Assembly (NCBI GenBank): GCA_965263355.1
Contig: CBDHHL010000056.1
Span: forward strand, 832,001-896,000
DNA: 64,000 bases
DNA from: Leptolyngbyaceae cyanobacterium
Lineage (GTDB): Bacteria > Cyanobacteriota > Cyanobacteriia > Phormidesmidales > Phormidesmidaceae
Direction of reading: 5' to 3'
A program made the position numbers and the translations under genes. The notes under the pieces were generated by a model, which saw only the letters and a list, made by a program, of their open reading frames with translations, was not told the DNA's origin and did no database searches. This document shows positions 20,850 to 31,352 of the stretch, piece after piece (position 1 is the stretch's first letter; the number at the start of each line of letters is the position of its first letter).

Positions 20850-22235
20850 ATGTCATCCACTCCCTGGAGTCAGCGGTTTGAAACAGGGTTACATCCGGTT
20901 ATTGCTGAGTTTAATGCCAGCATCGGGTTTGATATTGCCCTGGTTGACTACGATCTGACAGGGTCTCAGGCCCATGCAAAGATGCTGGCTAAGGTTGGTA
21001 TTATTTCCGATGCTGAGGGACAGCAACTGGTGGATGGGTTGGAAACAATTCGTCAGGAATATCAGCAGGGCACATTTACCCCCGGTGTGGACGAGGAGGA
21101 TGTGCACTTTGCCGTAGAACGTCGGCTGACAGAGCTGTTGGGCCCCTTGGGCAAAAAGCTGCATACGGGGCGTTCGCGGAATGACCAGGTAGGTACGGAT
21201 ATACGATTGTATTTGCGATCGCATATCCGTACGATTCGCACCCTACTGCGAGATTTCCAAAAAGCTTTACTCACCCATGCAGAGATCCACGTAGAGACGC
21301 TGATTCCAGGTTATACCCATCTGCAACGGGCCCAACCCTTGAGTTTGGCCCATCATTTACTGGCCTATGTGGAGATGGCTCAGCGTGACTATGAGCGTTT
21401 GGGGGACGTGGCCAAACGAGTTAATATATCTCCCCTGGGAGCTGGCGCTTTGGCTGGAACCACCTTCCCGATTGATCGCCATTACACGGCAGAGCAGCTA
21501 GCCTTTGAGCGCATCTATGCCAATAGTCTGGATGCGGTTAGTGACCGAGACTTTGCCATTGAATTTGCAGGTGCCGCCAGTTTGATTATGGTGCACCTGT
21601 CCCGTTTGGCTGAGGAAGTCATTTTTTGGGCTTCAGAAGAATTTCGGTTTGTTACCCTTACCGATAGCTGCTCCACTGGCTCAAGCATTATGCCCCAAAA
21701 GAAAAATCCTGATGTGCCGGAGCTAATACGAGGTAAGACCGGTCGTGTATTTGGCCATTTACAGGGGTTGTTGACCATGATGAAGGGGCTGCCCCTGGCC
21801 TACAACAAAGATCTACAAGAAGATAAAGAAGCCCTGTTTGACACTGTTAAGACAGTTCAATCCTGTCTTCAGGCGATGACTATTCTTTTGCACCAGGGTC
21901 TGGAGTTTCGACCGCAGCGGCTAACAGAGGCCGTCACCAGTGATTTCTCTAATGCCACAGATGTTGCCGATTATCTAGCGGCTAAGGGGATTCCCTTTCG
22001 AGATGCTTACAATCTAGTGGGCACTGTTGTGAAGACATCTCTCGCTAATGGCAAATTACTAAAGGACCTTTCCCTGGAAGAGTGGCAAGCAATTCATCCT
22101 GCCTTTGAGATGGATATTTATGATGCGATCGCACCACAACAGGTCGTCGCTGCCCGCAATAGTCTAGGAGGTACTGGCTTTAATCAGGTCAGACAGGCAT
22201 TAGCAAAAGTAAAAGCCCTGGTTGAAACCAATTAA
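20850..22235 (+). CDS. argH: Argininosuccinate lyase
   Basis: [45 protein letters not shown]; likely start ATG 20850. Confidence 0.97.
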   Translation: MSSTPWSQRFETGLHPVIAEFNASIGFDIALVDYDLTGSQAHAKMLAKVGIISDAEGQQLVDGLETIRQEYQQGTFTPGVDEEDVHFAVERRLTELLGPLGKKLHTGRSRNDQVGTDIRLYLRSHIRTIRTLLRDFQKALLTHAEIHVETLIPGYTHLQRAQPLSLAHHLLAYVEMAQRDYERLGDVAKRVNISPLGAGALAGTTFPIDRHYTAEQLAFERIYANSLDAVSDRDFAIEFAGAASLIMVHLSRLAEEVIFWASEEFRFVTLTDSCSTGSSIMPQKKNPDVPELIRGKTGRVFGHLQGLLTMMKGLPLAYNKDLQEDKEALFDTVKTVQSCLQAMTILLHQGLEFRPQRLTEAVTSDFSNATDVADYLAAKGIPFRDAYNLVGTVVKTSLANGKLLKDLSLEEWQAIHPAFEMDIYDAIAPQQVVAARNSLGGTGFNQVRQALAKVKALVETN

Positions 22236-22260
22236 TCATCAATAGATATTGGTTAATCTT

Positions 22261-22974
22261 TTACCGGTATCGAGAATCGTTCCAGTCGTAGTTCGATGTT
22301 GTGGATTGTGGTTTTGGGGTTTGATAGTCGTAGTTACGTTTAGGATGCCAGGATGTCTCACCATAGGTACCAGGCCGCCAAACCGTACCATGGTCAGAGT
22401 GATGGCTATGGCGTTTATCGTAACCTGAGTCATAACTGCCTGAGGTGGCATATTCATCAGTGGCCGCAGAATGAACGGCAGCAGCATAGGGCTCAGTTGG
22501 AGCTGGCTCTTCAGTTGGATTGCCTCGTCTAGCCGCACCGGCGCGTTTACACTTGCGTAGCAACGATTCCCACGTCAAGTTTGGCTGTCCTAATGCTGCT
22601 CGAAACTGATCTAACAAAGCAGCTGCATTTGCATCTACTGTGGCCGCATAGGAACGGCGTACCAAAGGACGAGACGCTCGTAGAGGGTCCACTTGTACCG
22701 CCGCAATTGCCTGCCTAACTGCATTGCTAATGTCTTTACGCAGCTCGTATTTGGCCTTGTGATACTGAGATTGCCAACCTTTCTCACTTACCGCATACAG
22801 AGAGGGAAGCCGATTTAAGGCATAGGTTTCCACTTCTATCGACTTAACATATTTGAGAATGCGAGATGGTAGCTGACGCAGCTGATGTTCAACTTCTTCC
22901 GCCACCAAGAGTTCCATGACATTAATGTATTCCCGTGGGGGAGGCGCTTTTACATCAACCATGGCATTCGTCAC
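22261..22974 (-). CDS. ComFB-domain protein (CdgR-like cyclic dinucleotide receptor family) with low-complexity C-terminal tail
   Basis: NVMELLV.EEV, EVETYALNRLPSLYAVSEKGW, VQVDPLR motifs. Confidence 0.85.
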   Translation of the reverse strand: MTNAMVDVKAPPPREYINVMELLVAEEVEHQLRQLPSRILKYVKSIEVETYALNRLPSLYAVSEKGWQSQYHKAKYELRKDISNAVRQAIAAVQVDPLRASRPLVRRSYAATVDANAAALLDQFRAALGQPNLTWESLLRKCKRAGAARRGNPTEEPAPTEPYAAAVHSAATDEYATSGSYDSGYDKRHSHHSDHGTVWRPGTYGETSWHPKRNYDYQTPKPQSTTSNYDWNDSRYR

Positions 22975-23922
22975 CTACTTAACAACAATCCCGGCATAAA
23001 GCCATTTCAATCAGGTCATTAGACCTCAGCACTTAATGTCGTAACTGCAACCAGTTTCAACATTGGATTTGGTGGCACATGTAAAACGTGACACTCAGGA
23101 AACGCTCCGGGCGTAAAAGACATTCATTGAGTAAAACCAAGGACACCTTCTTACGCAGGGATAGATCCAAACCACTACATACTTTTCCGGATCGCTATTC
23201 GCAAATTAAGACGACAATGGATATGAAATCTTAATGTTATCCTCGGTGCTCGTAACTACGAAGCCTTATACAGGGGGTGTTACACCCTACCAGTATAACT
23301 ATTACATTGCAAAGTCACGATGCAATATTTGAATAGCTAGCTTTCTTGTCGAAAATCAGGAAAAACAATACGTAAATGATGATTTTGTCAGTCGACAGAT
23401 TGACATTCAATCTATGTATATAAACCTAGGTTAACGTTTATATTTAAAGACTGTCATTACTTAATTTAAGTACATGTATTAACTTAGCTTTTATCAAGAC
23501 TTTTGGGAGCAATAGTATTACTTCAAGGTATGGCAACGGTTTCATGAGTCAGTATCCCAAATAAGATTCAAGCAACTAAACCGAATATTTATTATTTTTC
23601 TAGATAAATAATTCTATTTAACCTGCATGTAGCTGAGTAAGACTGTGTCAGTTTAAGTAATCAATTCATAGGAATTTTCACTGGTAGTCTGACCTCTTTA
23701 AAGGCCAGACTAATGGACATCTAGACGCCATTTTGGTCTGAACGACGACGGCTACTAAAATAAAGACTGACCTGTAAATATCGACTAATGACGGTTTGGG
23801 AGTAGTGATGTTCCAGGCCATAGCTTGATAGATTTATCCGTATTATTACGTAAGAGTCAGACCAAACTGGGTAGGTTCCCGATGTTAGGCCCCCATTAGT
23901 GGGGGAAGGAGTATGGAGCCCC

Positions 23923-24726
23923 TTAAATACCTTTGGGTTTGGGGTAACGGGATGTGGGTGGTCCAGGATTAGAGAGACGGATCAGCGCATCCATTGCCTG
24001 GGGTAAGAAACGGTGGAACCACAGGGCCATATGGCTTTGCCAACCGACGGTAATTTCTGAATTGCGAGACTTAAGTCCGGTGAACAACCCTTGGGCAACT
24101 TCTTCAGTGCTGAGGGGAAGCACCCAGCGAAATAGATTAAACTCTTTCACCATGTCAGTATCTGTCAGTGAGGGTAGCAGTGTGACCACACGCACACCAT
24201 GGGGGGCAAGCTCATGGCGGAGGGCCTGGGTAAAGCCGACAATGGCAAACTTGGTGGCTGAGTAAGTAGCCATTGTCGGAGCAGCCACTTTACCCATGAG
24301 GCTAGAGACATTAACAATCGTCCCTTGACGACGGGAGGCCATGCGACGCCCCACCAACCAGGTGACAGTGTACAACCCAATTAAGTTGGTGGAGAGTTCA
24401 GCATGGGCCTGACCCAGAGGTGTTTTGAGAAAGTTAGATTGATGGGCAATGCCAGCACAATTGACCAACAGATCAAACGGGCCATAATCTTTCCATGTCT
24501 GAGCAACAACAATGTTGACCGCCGTTGCATCGGTGAGATCAACAGATAGGGGAACAGCCTGGGCTCCATATTCACGAATTTCTGTGGCCACTTCCTTCAG
24601 TTTTTGAAGATTACGGGCTATGAGCAGGATGTAACTAGCGCCTTGTTTGGCAAGTTCGATGGCAATGGCACGGCCAATACCCCGAGAAGCTCCGGTAACC
24701 AGAGCCGTCTTTCCTTTCATATTCAT
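23923..24726 (-). CDS. Short-chain dehydrogenase/reductase
   Basis: TGASRGIG, NCAG, YSATK; GGAGG SD. Confidence 0.93.
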   Translation of the reverse strand: MNMKGKTALVTGASRGIGRAIAIELAKQGASYILLIARNLQKLKEVATEIREYGAQAVPLSVDLTDATAVNIVVAQTWKDYGPFDLLVNCAGIAHQSNFLKTPLGQAHAELSTNLIGLYTVTWLVGRRMASRRQGTIVNVSSLMGKVAAPTMATYSATKFAIVGFTQALRHELAPHGVRVVTLLPSLTDTDMVKEFNLFRWVLPLSTEEVAQGLFTGLKSRNSEITVGWQSHMALWFHRFLPQAMDALIRLSNPGPPTSRYPKPKGI

Positions 24727-25631
24727 TTAAAAACCTCCAAAAATGCCTAGTTGGCCCCCTACAAAAGGGCAAGAGAAACCAGGACTGTAATGATGTCTAA
24801 ATATTGCCGAAATATTATTCGGGTGGGTTATTGAGCGGGAACGGCATAGAGTTCGCTATATCTGCTGAAATCCTTTCGGTGTAAACGTTGCTGATCTTTG
24901 GTATAAACTAATTTTCGGGCTATTGATAAGTAGCTATCACAACAGTTGGAATCATTCTCCAAATCAGCGACGGAACAGATGAAATGCGAACTTAAATGAT
25001 CCACGCTCAAGCCTAAAGCTTCACCACAGAAACAACCACAGGTTTTAACTTGAGCGTGGTTTGGACATATGATGCACCAGTGATCATTTCAAATGGCATC
25101 ACAAACAATTCATCGGTCAACACCTTAGCAATTTAAAACAATAGCTGCAACATTTATTTAAGAAGAGTATGACATTCCATAAAAAATGCAGTAGCTTATT
25201 GAGTTGAGCCCATTGCTACACAGGGCATTGGGGAATTTCCAGAAAATCGGAAGTTTCTCCAGAGAGATAGCAATCCCGATCACATTAATTTAGTGTTGCA
25301 CGATACCATAAACTGGATTAAGCCTATCGAAACCCAGTTTTTTCAAAGGTTTTTGCCATTATCAACAATCTTTTATAGTCAACGATAGATGTTGTGTGAG
25401 GGGTGGCCCCCTTAGTATTAAAAAAACAAATAACAGAATTCGGATATTTTGAACCGATTACACCAATCACTACAGATATGTGATGAGAGCACACAATTTG
25501 CAATCGGATCAAAGAAGAGTATTCGAAATTCAAATATGTGATAAAGGTCACTGATGACCGATAAAAAGGCATGAATTGGCTTCAATCGTTATCCTAGGGG
25601 GTATCTCCGTTTTTATACCCCTGATTGATAT

Positions 25632-27431
25632 ATGGCGATTAATTCTGGTGATTCCCTTGTAGCTCAATGTTTTGAAGTGATTGAAGCCCTAATACAGGCG
25701 ACACTAAAGGGCAAAATTAGTTCTAAAGCTCAGGTATATCGTCAACTAGACGAAGGTCTACCGGTAGGAAGTGGAGAAATCTTTGAGCGTTGCTTGACGG
25801 AACGAATGCAGACAGCGGAGCAGGATGAGTCGCTGAAAGGACCACGGATTGTACGGGCTCTGAAGGTAGTACAGGGAGAATGGACTAAGTTACAAAAAAC
25901 GCGACAACGTGAGGAAAAAGTATCGGCGGTAACTGCTCAGATTTCGGCGGCGGATGGAGAGGGTCAGTTAGATACGTTATTAAAATTGTTGGACCCGAAT
26001 CAGTCTCAACCTCCGACCCGTGAACAGCTACAACAACTAGCGGTGTCTCTAGAGGCTGGCAATAATGAGACTTTGGGAAAAGGTATTACTTCAGGACTGG
26101 CAGCGTTTAAGAACTTAGAAGGGGAACTGGTCAGCTGGCTATATGAAACGGGGGGAAGAGACATTGGGTTTGGCTCGGAACAACGTCGGGGACCATGGCA
26201 ATATTGGGCTAGACAGGTGGACTATGCTATACCACAACAGTTATTTGAAACGCTAGCAAAAGGAGAGTCGGTTGTTGAATTGGCACAGGGATGGAACCGC
26301 TTGGATGAGAGTAGCTGGGTCCAATTGGGAATTTTACTCCACTATCTAAAGCAAGGGTTAGTGAAGTGGTTTGACCAACAACCCTATAACGTAAAGTTGG
26401 GAAAAAAACTCTCCTATTCCACTTTTTTGATTTTTGCCAGCATTGAGGCTAGTCTGGCCCAAGGGTTTCAGAGTAGTCGCCCCCACCTGAGTCGAGTCTC
26501 GTTCCAACTGATGCAGCATACTCTCCGCAGCTTTGCTCAGCGGGATGATTTTCCCTTATATGGTGGTGTGTTTGCTGCCTTTGATGGGGGATATTTGCAA
26601 GATACGCTGGATTATTTTAGTGAGCCGCTGAAGCAGGTGCAGGGTACTCAGGAGAAGGCCCGGTTGCTGACGTTGTTAGGCTATTCTCAGCGGACGTTGG
26701 GACGATATGCGGCAGCCCTGGCGTTTCATCAAGAAGCTTTGGAGATTGCCATAACAGCAGGAGATCAGCGCTGTGCGATCGCAAGCTTTAATCATCTGGC
26801 ACGGGTACACGTGTTACAGAAAAACTATGGAGAGGCAAAGAACTTTAGCCAGCGAGCCCTGATTATGGCGCGGCAGCAGGGCGATGCTTTGGGAGAGACG
26901 AATGCGCTAGTGAACTATGGGTATAGTGAAGTGTTTGCGGCGCGGGCCATCGATAGGCCAGACCTGACGGTGTATGAGCAGGCGATTGACTATTTGGAGC
27001 GGGGACGAGATTTAGCGGAAACGCTGGGGGATTTTCAGAGTAAGGCGCTGGCCTATAACAGTATGGGCATCGCCTATAGTATTTCAGGACAACCGGGGTT
27101 GGCGATTGAGGTGTTGGAGAAGGCATTGCCATTAACCCAGACGACGGGGAATGTATATTTGCAAGGGGTCACCTGTACGTATTTGGCGGAGGCGCAGCGG
27201 GCGTTAGGAAATACAGAGGTGGCTGTGCTATATGGGGCATTGGGGATGTATTTGTTGCATCAGCTTGGGTCGTCGGAGTGGCGACAGGGGGCAGGGCTGT
27301 TGCGGGTAATATCGGGCGAGTTAGGGACTGAAGCGTTTGAGCGGGTGTTGCAAGGGCAGCGGCGGCAGATGATTCAGTGGATTGGAGTGGATGGGTTTGA
27401 TTATCTGCCAACGTTGTTGGCGGAATATTGA
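25632..27431 (+). CDS. Tetratricopeptide repeat protein
   Basis: C-terminal TPR repeats (LGRYAAALAFHQEALEIA, AYNSMGIAYS). Confidence 0.85.
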   Translation: MAINSGDSLVAQCFEVIEALIQATLKGKISSKAQVYRQLDEGLPVGSGEIFERCLTERMQTAEQDESLKGPRIVRALKVVQGEWTKLQKTRQREEKVSAVTAQISAADGEGQLDTLLKLLDPNQSQPPTREQLQQLAVSLEAGNNETLGKGITSGLAAFKNLEGELVSWLYETGGRDIGFGSEQRRGPWQYWARQVDYAIPQQLFETLAKGESVVELAQGWNRLDESSWVQLGILLHYLKQGLVKWFDQQPYNVKLGKKLSYSTFLIFASIEASLAQGFQSSRPHLSRVSFQLMQHTLRSFAQRDDFPLYGGVFAAFDGGYLQDTLDYFSEPLKQVQGTQEKARLLTLLGYSQRTLGRYAAALAFHQEALEIAITAGDQRCAIASFNHLARVHVLQKNYGEAKNFSQRALIMARQQGDALGETNALVNYGYSEVFAARAIDRPDLTVYEQAIDYLERGRDLAETLGDFQSKALAYNSMGIAYSISGQPGLAIEVLEKALPLTQTTGNVYLQGVTCTYLAEAQRALGNTEVAVLYGALGMYLLHQLGSSEWRQGAGLLRVISGELGTEAFERVLQGQRRQMIQWIGVDGFDYLPTLLAEY

Positions 27432-27433
27432 CG

Positions 27434-27769
27434 TTATCTCACAGAATAGGGCGTAAACTGACGCTTAAATTCTGAATGAAACCCGAGGACAATATCGGAT
27501 TCTGGCACGCCTAACGCCACTAACCGTTGCGCAACGGCATCTTCAGTGCCATTGTATTGGACCCAGATTTTGCCGTCTTGAATATCAAAATGTAGAACAG
27601 GACCAAAAACGCGCTTTTTACCCTGCCAGCCAACGTAGATTAGCTGGTAATGCCCCCGTTCGTCATCAAAAATAAGCTGGTTTTGGACAGTATCAGTTGA
27701 TGGAGACGTGCCAGCGTGATCGGTCAAAATTTGTTTAATTGCATTTTGATACTGAGCTAGTTTATCCAT
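27434..27769 (-). CDS. xisI: XisI family protein
   Basis: MDKLAQYQNAIKQIL, HFDIQDGKIWVQYNGTE, GVPESDIVLGF. Confidence 0.95.
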   Translation of the reverse strand: MDKLAQYQNAIKQILTDHAGTSPSTDTVQNQLIFDDERGHYQLIYVGWQGKKRVFGPVLHFDIQDGKIWVQYNGTEDAVAQRLVALGVPESDIVLGFHSEFKRQFTPYSVR

Positions 27770-28173
27770 CGCTGAATCTCCTCGGCCTCGGGTTCATATA
27801 CGATTAGTCTCACTTGATAACGCGTTAACGACCTTTGAATGAAGGGAAGCTGGATAAAATCTTCATAGGTTGTGACGGGCAGGGCCAGAAATATACGCCT
27901 ATCAGGTTCTTGCTCTTCTAGAGCTTGGGCATAGTTGAGGTATTGGCCAAGGGCCATATGAAATGAGCTTATATCTGACTCACTGACAAAGCTTTTGATT
28001 TCTACAGCTATTTTTTCGCTGCCGCGTTCTGCGGCCAGGGTGCTTTCTGCAGCCAAGTCTATCTGTAATTTAATGGCTTCGCTGATGCGGATGGGGTACG
28101 GGTCATGGGTAATGTGCCATCCATCTTTGATCAGGGCGTTTTTGACCTGTTGATGGAAAACATCTCTGGCCAT
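27757..28173 (-). CDS. xisH: XisH family protein (PD-(D/E)xK fold)
   Basis: MARDVFHQQVKNALIKDGWHITHDP, IDLAAE, IAVEIKSF, ALGQYLNY. Confidence 0.95.
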   Translation of the reverse strand: MARDVFHQQVKNALIKDGWHITHDPYPIRISEAIKLQIDLAAESTLAAERGSEKIAVEIKSFVSESDISSFHMALGQYLNYAQALEEQEPDRRIFLALPVTTYEDFIQLPFIQRSLTRYQVRLIVYEPEAEEIQRWIN

Positions 28174-28291
28174 TGACTAGTGGAATGTGGTTAGACGCCA
28201 ATATGCTAGCACTTGTGCATTCAATACCGGGGTTAGAAATGGAGGTGTTTGGAAAACCTGAGGATCTGTAAATCTTAGTCAGTAGTGTGAG

Positions 28292-28620
28292 CCCGTAATT
28301 TGGGACTGGTACAAGACGCTGCCCAAATTACAGGATTATCCAAGGGCAAAATACCCTGGATTAGATTTGATGTGGTTTATGTAACAGGGAACACACAAGC
28401 AGCCATCACATCATCAGCTGTGAGTACAACCTAGCAAATAGCCTGGGTTCAGAAACTCTATTGGCCTATTCGCCAAAGTTTGACGTCTCACGTTTAACTA
28501 ATGATCTCTACAGTCTATACACCCTAGATCCGTAACATCCCTGAAGGATGTCGGACGGATTTTCCAAATTTGGAAAATGTGGCCCCTAATGCCTATAAGG
28601 GTATTTACGGGCGATAGGGA
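28292..28620. ncRNA. Candidate structured non-coding region (run of ~7 hairpins), family unknown
   Basis: Consecutive inverted repeats in an ORF-free intergenic region; no known RNA family recognised. Confidence 0.25.
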
Positions 28621-28815
28621 CCGGATATGCAGTGAGGTGTCAATTTTTTTGTAGGCGGAGTCTGGTGGGGATGCTCAACTAGCAGCTGGGCAATAGATGG
28701 CTAAAAATGCAAAGATGCCTTAAAGATGATAATTCGGTGATTAGAGAGCGTAGGGCTGTGGGATGCTGATGAATGAATTTAGTCTATTCATTGCCTCTAA
28801 GCCCCAAGGCACATT

Positions 28816-30045
28816 ATGAATATCCTTTTTCTACATCAAAATTTTCCTGCCCAGTTTCGTCATCTCGCCGCGAACTTGGCAAAAGACCCTAGCAATACAG
28901 TTATTTTTGGTACTACCCGTAAAAACGGTTCGATGGCTGGAGTAAAGAAGGTCATCTATCAACCTAGCCGAAAACCTCACCCCGACGTTCATTATTATGT
29001 GCGTCCCTTAGAAAGTGCCGTACTGGAAGGTCAGGCGGTGTATCGAGTTGCTTGCCAGCTGAAAGAAAAACTCAAGTTTGAGCCGGACATTGTCTATGCC
29101 CATTCTGGTTGGGGACCGGGTCTATTTATGAAAGACCTATTTCCCAATTCCCAATGCCTTGGTTTTTTTGAATGGTTTTACCATGCCCATGGGAGTGATG
29201 CTGACTTTGACCCAGCGTTTCCTTGTAATGAGGAACTAGAAGCTAAACTGCGGATTCGTAATGCGACGATTTTGCTTGATCTGTATAGTTGCGATCGCGG
29301 CCTCACCCCCACCCATTGGCAACAGCAACAATTTCCATCGGAGTATCACAGCAAACTAACCGTTTGTCACGATGGCATCGACACTAGTTTCTTTCACCCT
29401 AAACCCAATGCCAAACTAGTGATTGAACCAACCACCCCCATTGCCTGTGCGTCTCCCCTAGACTTATCTGAGGTAGATGAGATTGTGACCTATGTGGCCA
29501 GAGGCATGGAACCCTATCGCGGCTTTCCCCAGTTTCTGCAAGTAGTGGCACAGTTGCAAAAGCATCGTCCCCATTGTCATGCAGTGGTTGTGGGAGAAGA
29601 TCGCGTGGCCTATGGTTCCCCGCGCAAAGATGGCAAAACCTATCGAGAACATATGCTAGAGACGCTCGATTTAGATTTGACCCGGCTTCATTTTACCGGC
29701 CATTTGTCCTATAAACAGTATCTGAGCGTACTACAAGCCTCATCGGTCCATGTTTATCTGACGTACCCCTTTGTCTTATCCTGGTCTATGTTAGAAGCCT
29801 TATCAACCGGATGCGTAGTTGTCGGCTCTAACACACAGCCAGTTAAAGAAGTTATTCAGGATGGTGTCAATGGCATACTGGTGGACTTTTTTGATGTAGA
29901 GGCCATCACTGAGAAGGTGAATGACGTTTTGGATCACCCCGAACAAATGCAGGCCATTAGGGAACAGGCAAGACAAACCATTATCGATAACTACGATTTA
30001 GATAAGTTATTGAGGATCCATTTGAATTGGATGCGAGGCGAGTAA
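28816..30045 (+). CDS. Glycosyltransferase family 4
   Basis: LFLHQNFPAQF, HSGWGPGLF, RGMEPYRGF, YPFVLSWSMLEALS. Confidence 0.9.
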   Translation: MNILFLHQNFPAQFRHLAANLAKDPSNTVIFGTTRKNGSMAGVKKVIYQPSRKPHPDVHYYVRPLESAVLEGQAVYRVACQLKEKLKFEPDIVYAHSGWGPGLFMKDLFPNSQCLGFFEWFYHAHGSDADFDPAFPCNEELEAKLRIRNATILLDLYSCDRGLTPTHWQQQQFPSEYHSKLTVCHDGIDTSFFHPKPNAKLVIEPTTPIACASPLDLSEVDEIVTYVARGMEPYRGFPQFLQVVAQLQKHRPHCHAVVVGEDRVAYGSPRKDGKTYREHMLETLDLDLTRLHFTGHLSYKQYLSVLQASSVHVYLTYPFVLSWSMLEALSTGCVVVGSNTQPVKEVIQDGVNGILVDFFDVEAITEKVNDVLDHPEQMQAIREQARQTIIDNYDLDKLLRIHLNWMRGE

Positions 30046-30068
30046 ACGGCACGAGGAGACAACAGCGC

Positions 30069-31352
30069 CTAGTCCAACAGTGGTAATGTAAGGATAAAGT
30101 CTGTCCCTACCCCCATTTGGGAGCGAAATGTAAGTTCTCCCTGATGTTCTTGGGTCACAATCGCATGGGAAATCGCTAAACCCAGCCCAGTGCCTTTACC
30201 AACCGGCTTAGTTGTAAAAAACTGATCAAAGATCCGTTGTTGAATATCTTTTGGAATACCCGCCCCACTGTCCGCAATGGTAATCACTGCCTGCCCATTG
30301 GCCAGGGCCGTTGAAATTTCTAATGAAGGCTGTTCTGCTTCCAGTTCTTTGGATGATAATGCCGAGCATTTATCATCAATGGCGTCGATCGCATTAGCTA
30401 TCAAGTTCATAAACACCTGATTGAGCTTGCCAGGGTAGCACCTCACTAAGGGTAACGGCCCATACTTCTTAGTGACGTTGATGGCAGGTCGCTTTTGTTG
30501 TGCCTTAAGCCGATTCTGCAGGATCATCAACGTACTATCCAGCCCCTCGTGGAGCGCAGCAGGCTTTCTTTCAGGCTCATCTATCCGTGAGAACAGCTGG
30601 AGTGAGCGAACAATTTTTTCGATCCGCTCCGTACCCACTATCATAGAATTTAAAAGACGAGGAAAGTCTTGCCGGATATACTCAATTTCAATCTCTCTAG
30701 AATAGGCAGCTATTTCCGCTGAGGGTGATGTCGTATGCTTTTCATATAAGCGAATCAACTCTAAAAGAGCATTAGAATAATCTATGGCCGGTTCTAAATT
30801 GCCACAAATGAAACTGACCGGATTATTAATCTCATGGGCGATGCCAGCTACCAGCTGACCTAGGGCTGCCATCTTCGCTTCTTGTACCAATTGCGCCTGA
30901 GCTTGACGCAACGTTAGGTGAACTCTGATGCGGGCTAAGGTCTCTTCATGTTCAATGGGTTTAGTAATATAGTCTACAGCGCCCAAACTAAGGCCTCTAA
31001 CTTTGTTGGCCGTATCCGATAGAGCCGTCATAAATAGAATAGGAATATTCTTCGTGTTTGGATCAGCCTTGAGGCGAGTACATACCTCAAATCCGTCCAT
31101 GTCAGGCATCATAATATCTAGCAAAATCAAGTCTGGACTTGTTCGAGACACTTTTTTGAGAGCGCTTTTTCCACTCTTGGCAATTGAGACACGATAGTTG
31201 TTGCAACTTAACAGATCACAGAGTACTTTGACATTATTAGGATTGTCATCAATGACTAGGATTGACTGTTGTTCGTTGGGCTCGCTATTGTCTGCTCCAG
31301 ACTGAGTTAGGGATTGGGAAACCTGGGATAGATCTCTTTCGTGTGAGGTCAC
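30069..31352 (-). CDS. Receiver + histidine kinase hybrid
   Basis: Receiver [10 protein letters not shown]-box [26 protein letters not shown]. Confidence 0.93.
   Translation of the reverse strand: MTSHERDLSQVSQSLTQSGADNSEPNEQQSILVIDDNPNNVKVLCDLLSCNNYRVSIAKSGKSALKKVSRTSPDLILLDIMMPDMDGFEVCTRLKADPNTKNIPILFMTALSDTANKVRGLSLGAVDYITKPIEHEETLARIRVHLTLRQAQAQLVQEAKMAALGQLVAGIAHEINNPVSFICGNLEPAIDYSNALLELIRLYEKHTTSPSAEIAAYSREIEIEYIRQDFPRLLNSMIVGTERIEKIVRSLQLFSRIDEPERKPAALHEGLDSTLMILQNRLKAQQKRPAINVTKKYGPLPLVRCYPGKLNQVFMNLIANAIDAIDDKCSALSSKELEAEQPSLEISTALANGQAVITIADSGAGIPKDIQQRIFDQFFTTKPVGKGTGLGLAISHAIVTQEHQGELTFRSQMGVGTDFILTLPLLD

Noticed and set aside
24860..24900. gctgaaatcc as the start of a c-di-AMP (ydaO) riboswitch
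   Set aside because: Downstream conserved blocks are absent and the orientation does not fit the SDR gene
25324..25572. 82 aa minus-strand ORF
   Set aside because: AT-rich promoter-like DNA, no SD, no recognisable family
27434..28173. xisHI as evidence for an excisable fdxN-type element
   Set aside because: No serine recombinase, interrupted gene or att-like repeats seen
28292..28620. Hairpin run as a c-di-GMP-I riboswitch, CAST tracrRNA, omegaRNA or Yfr sRNA
   Set aside because: GCAAA pieces are present but spacing and other conserved motifs do not match from memory; kept only as an unknown candidate
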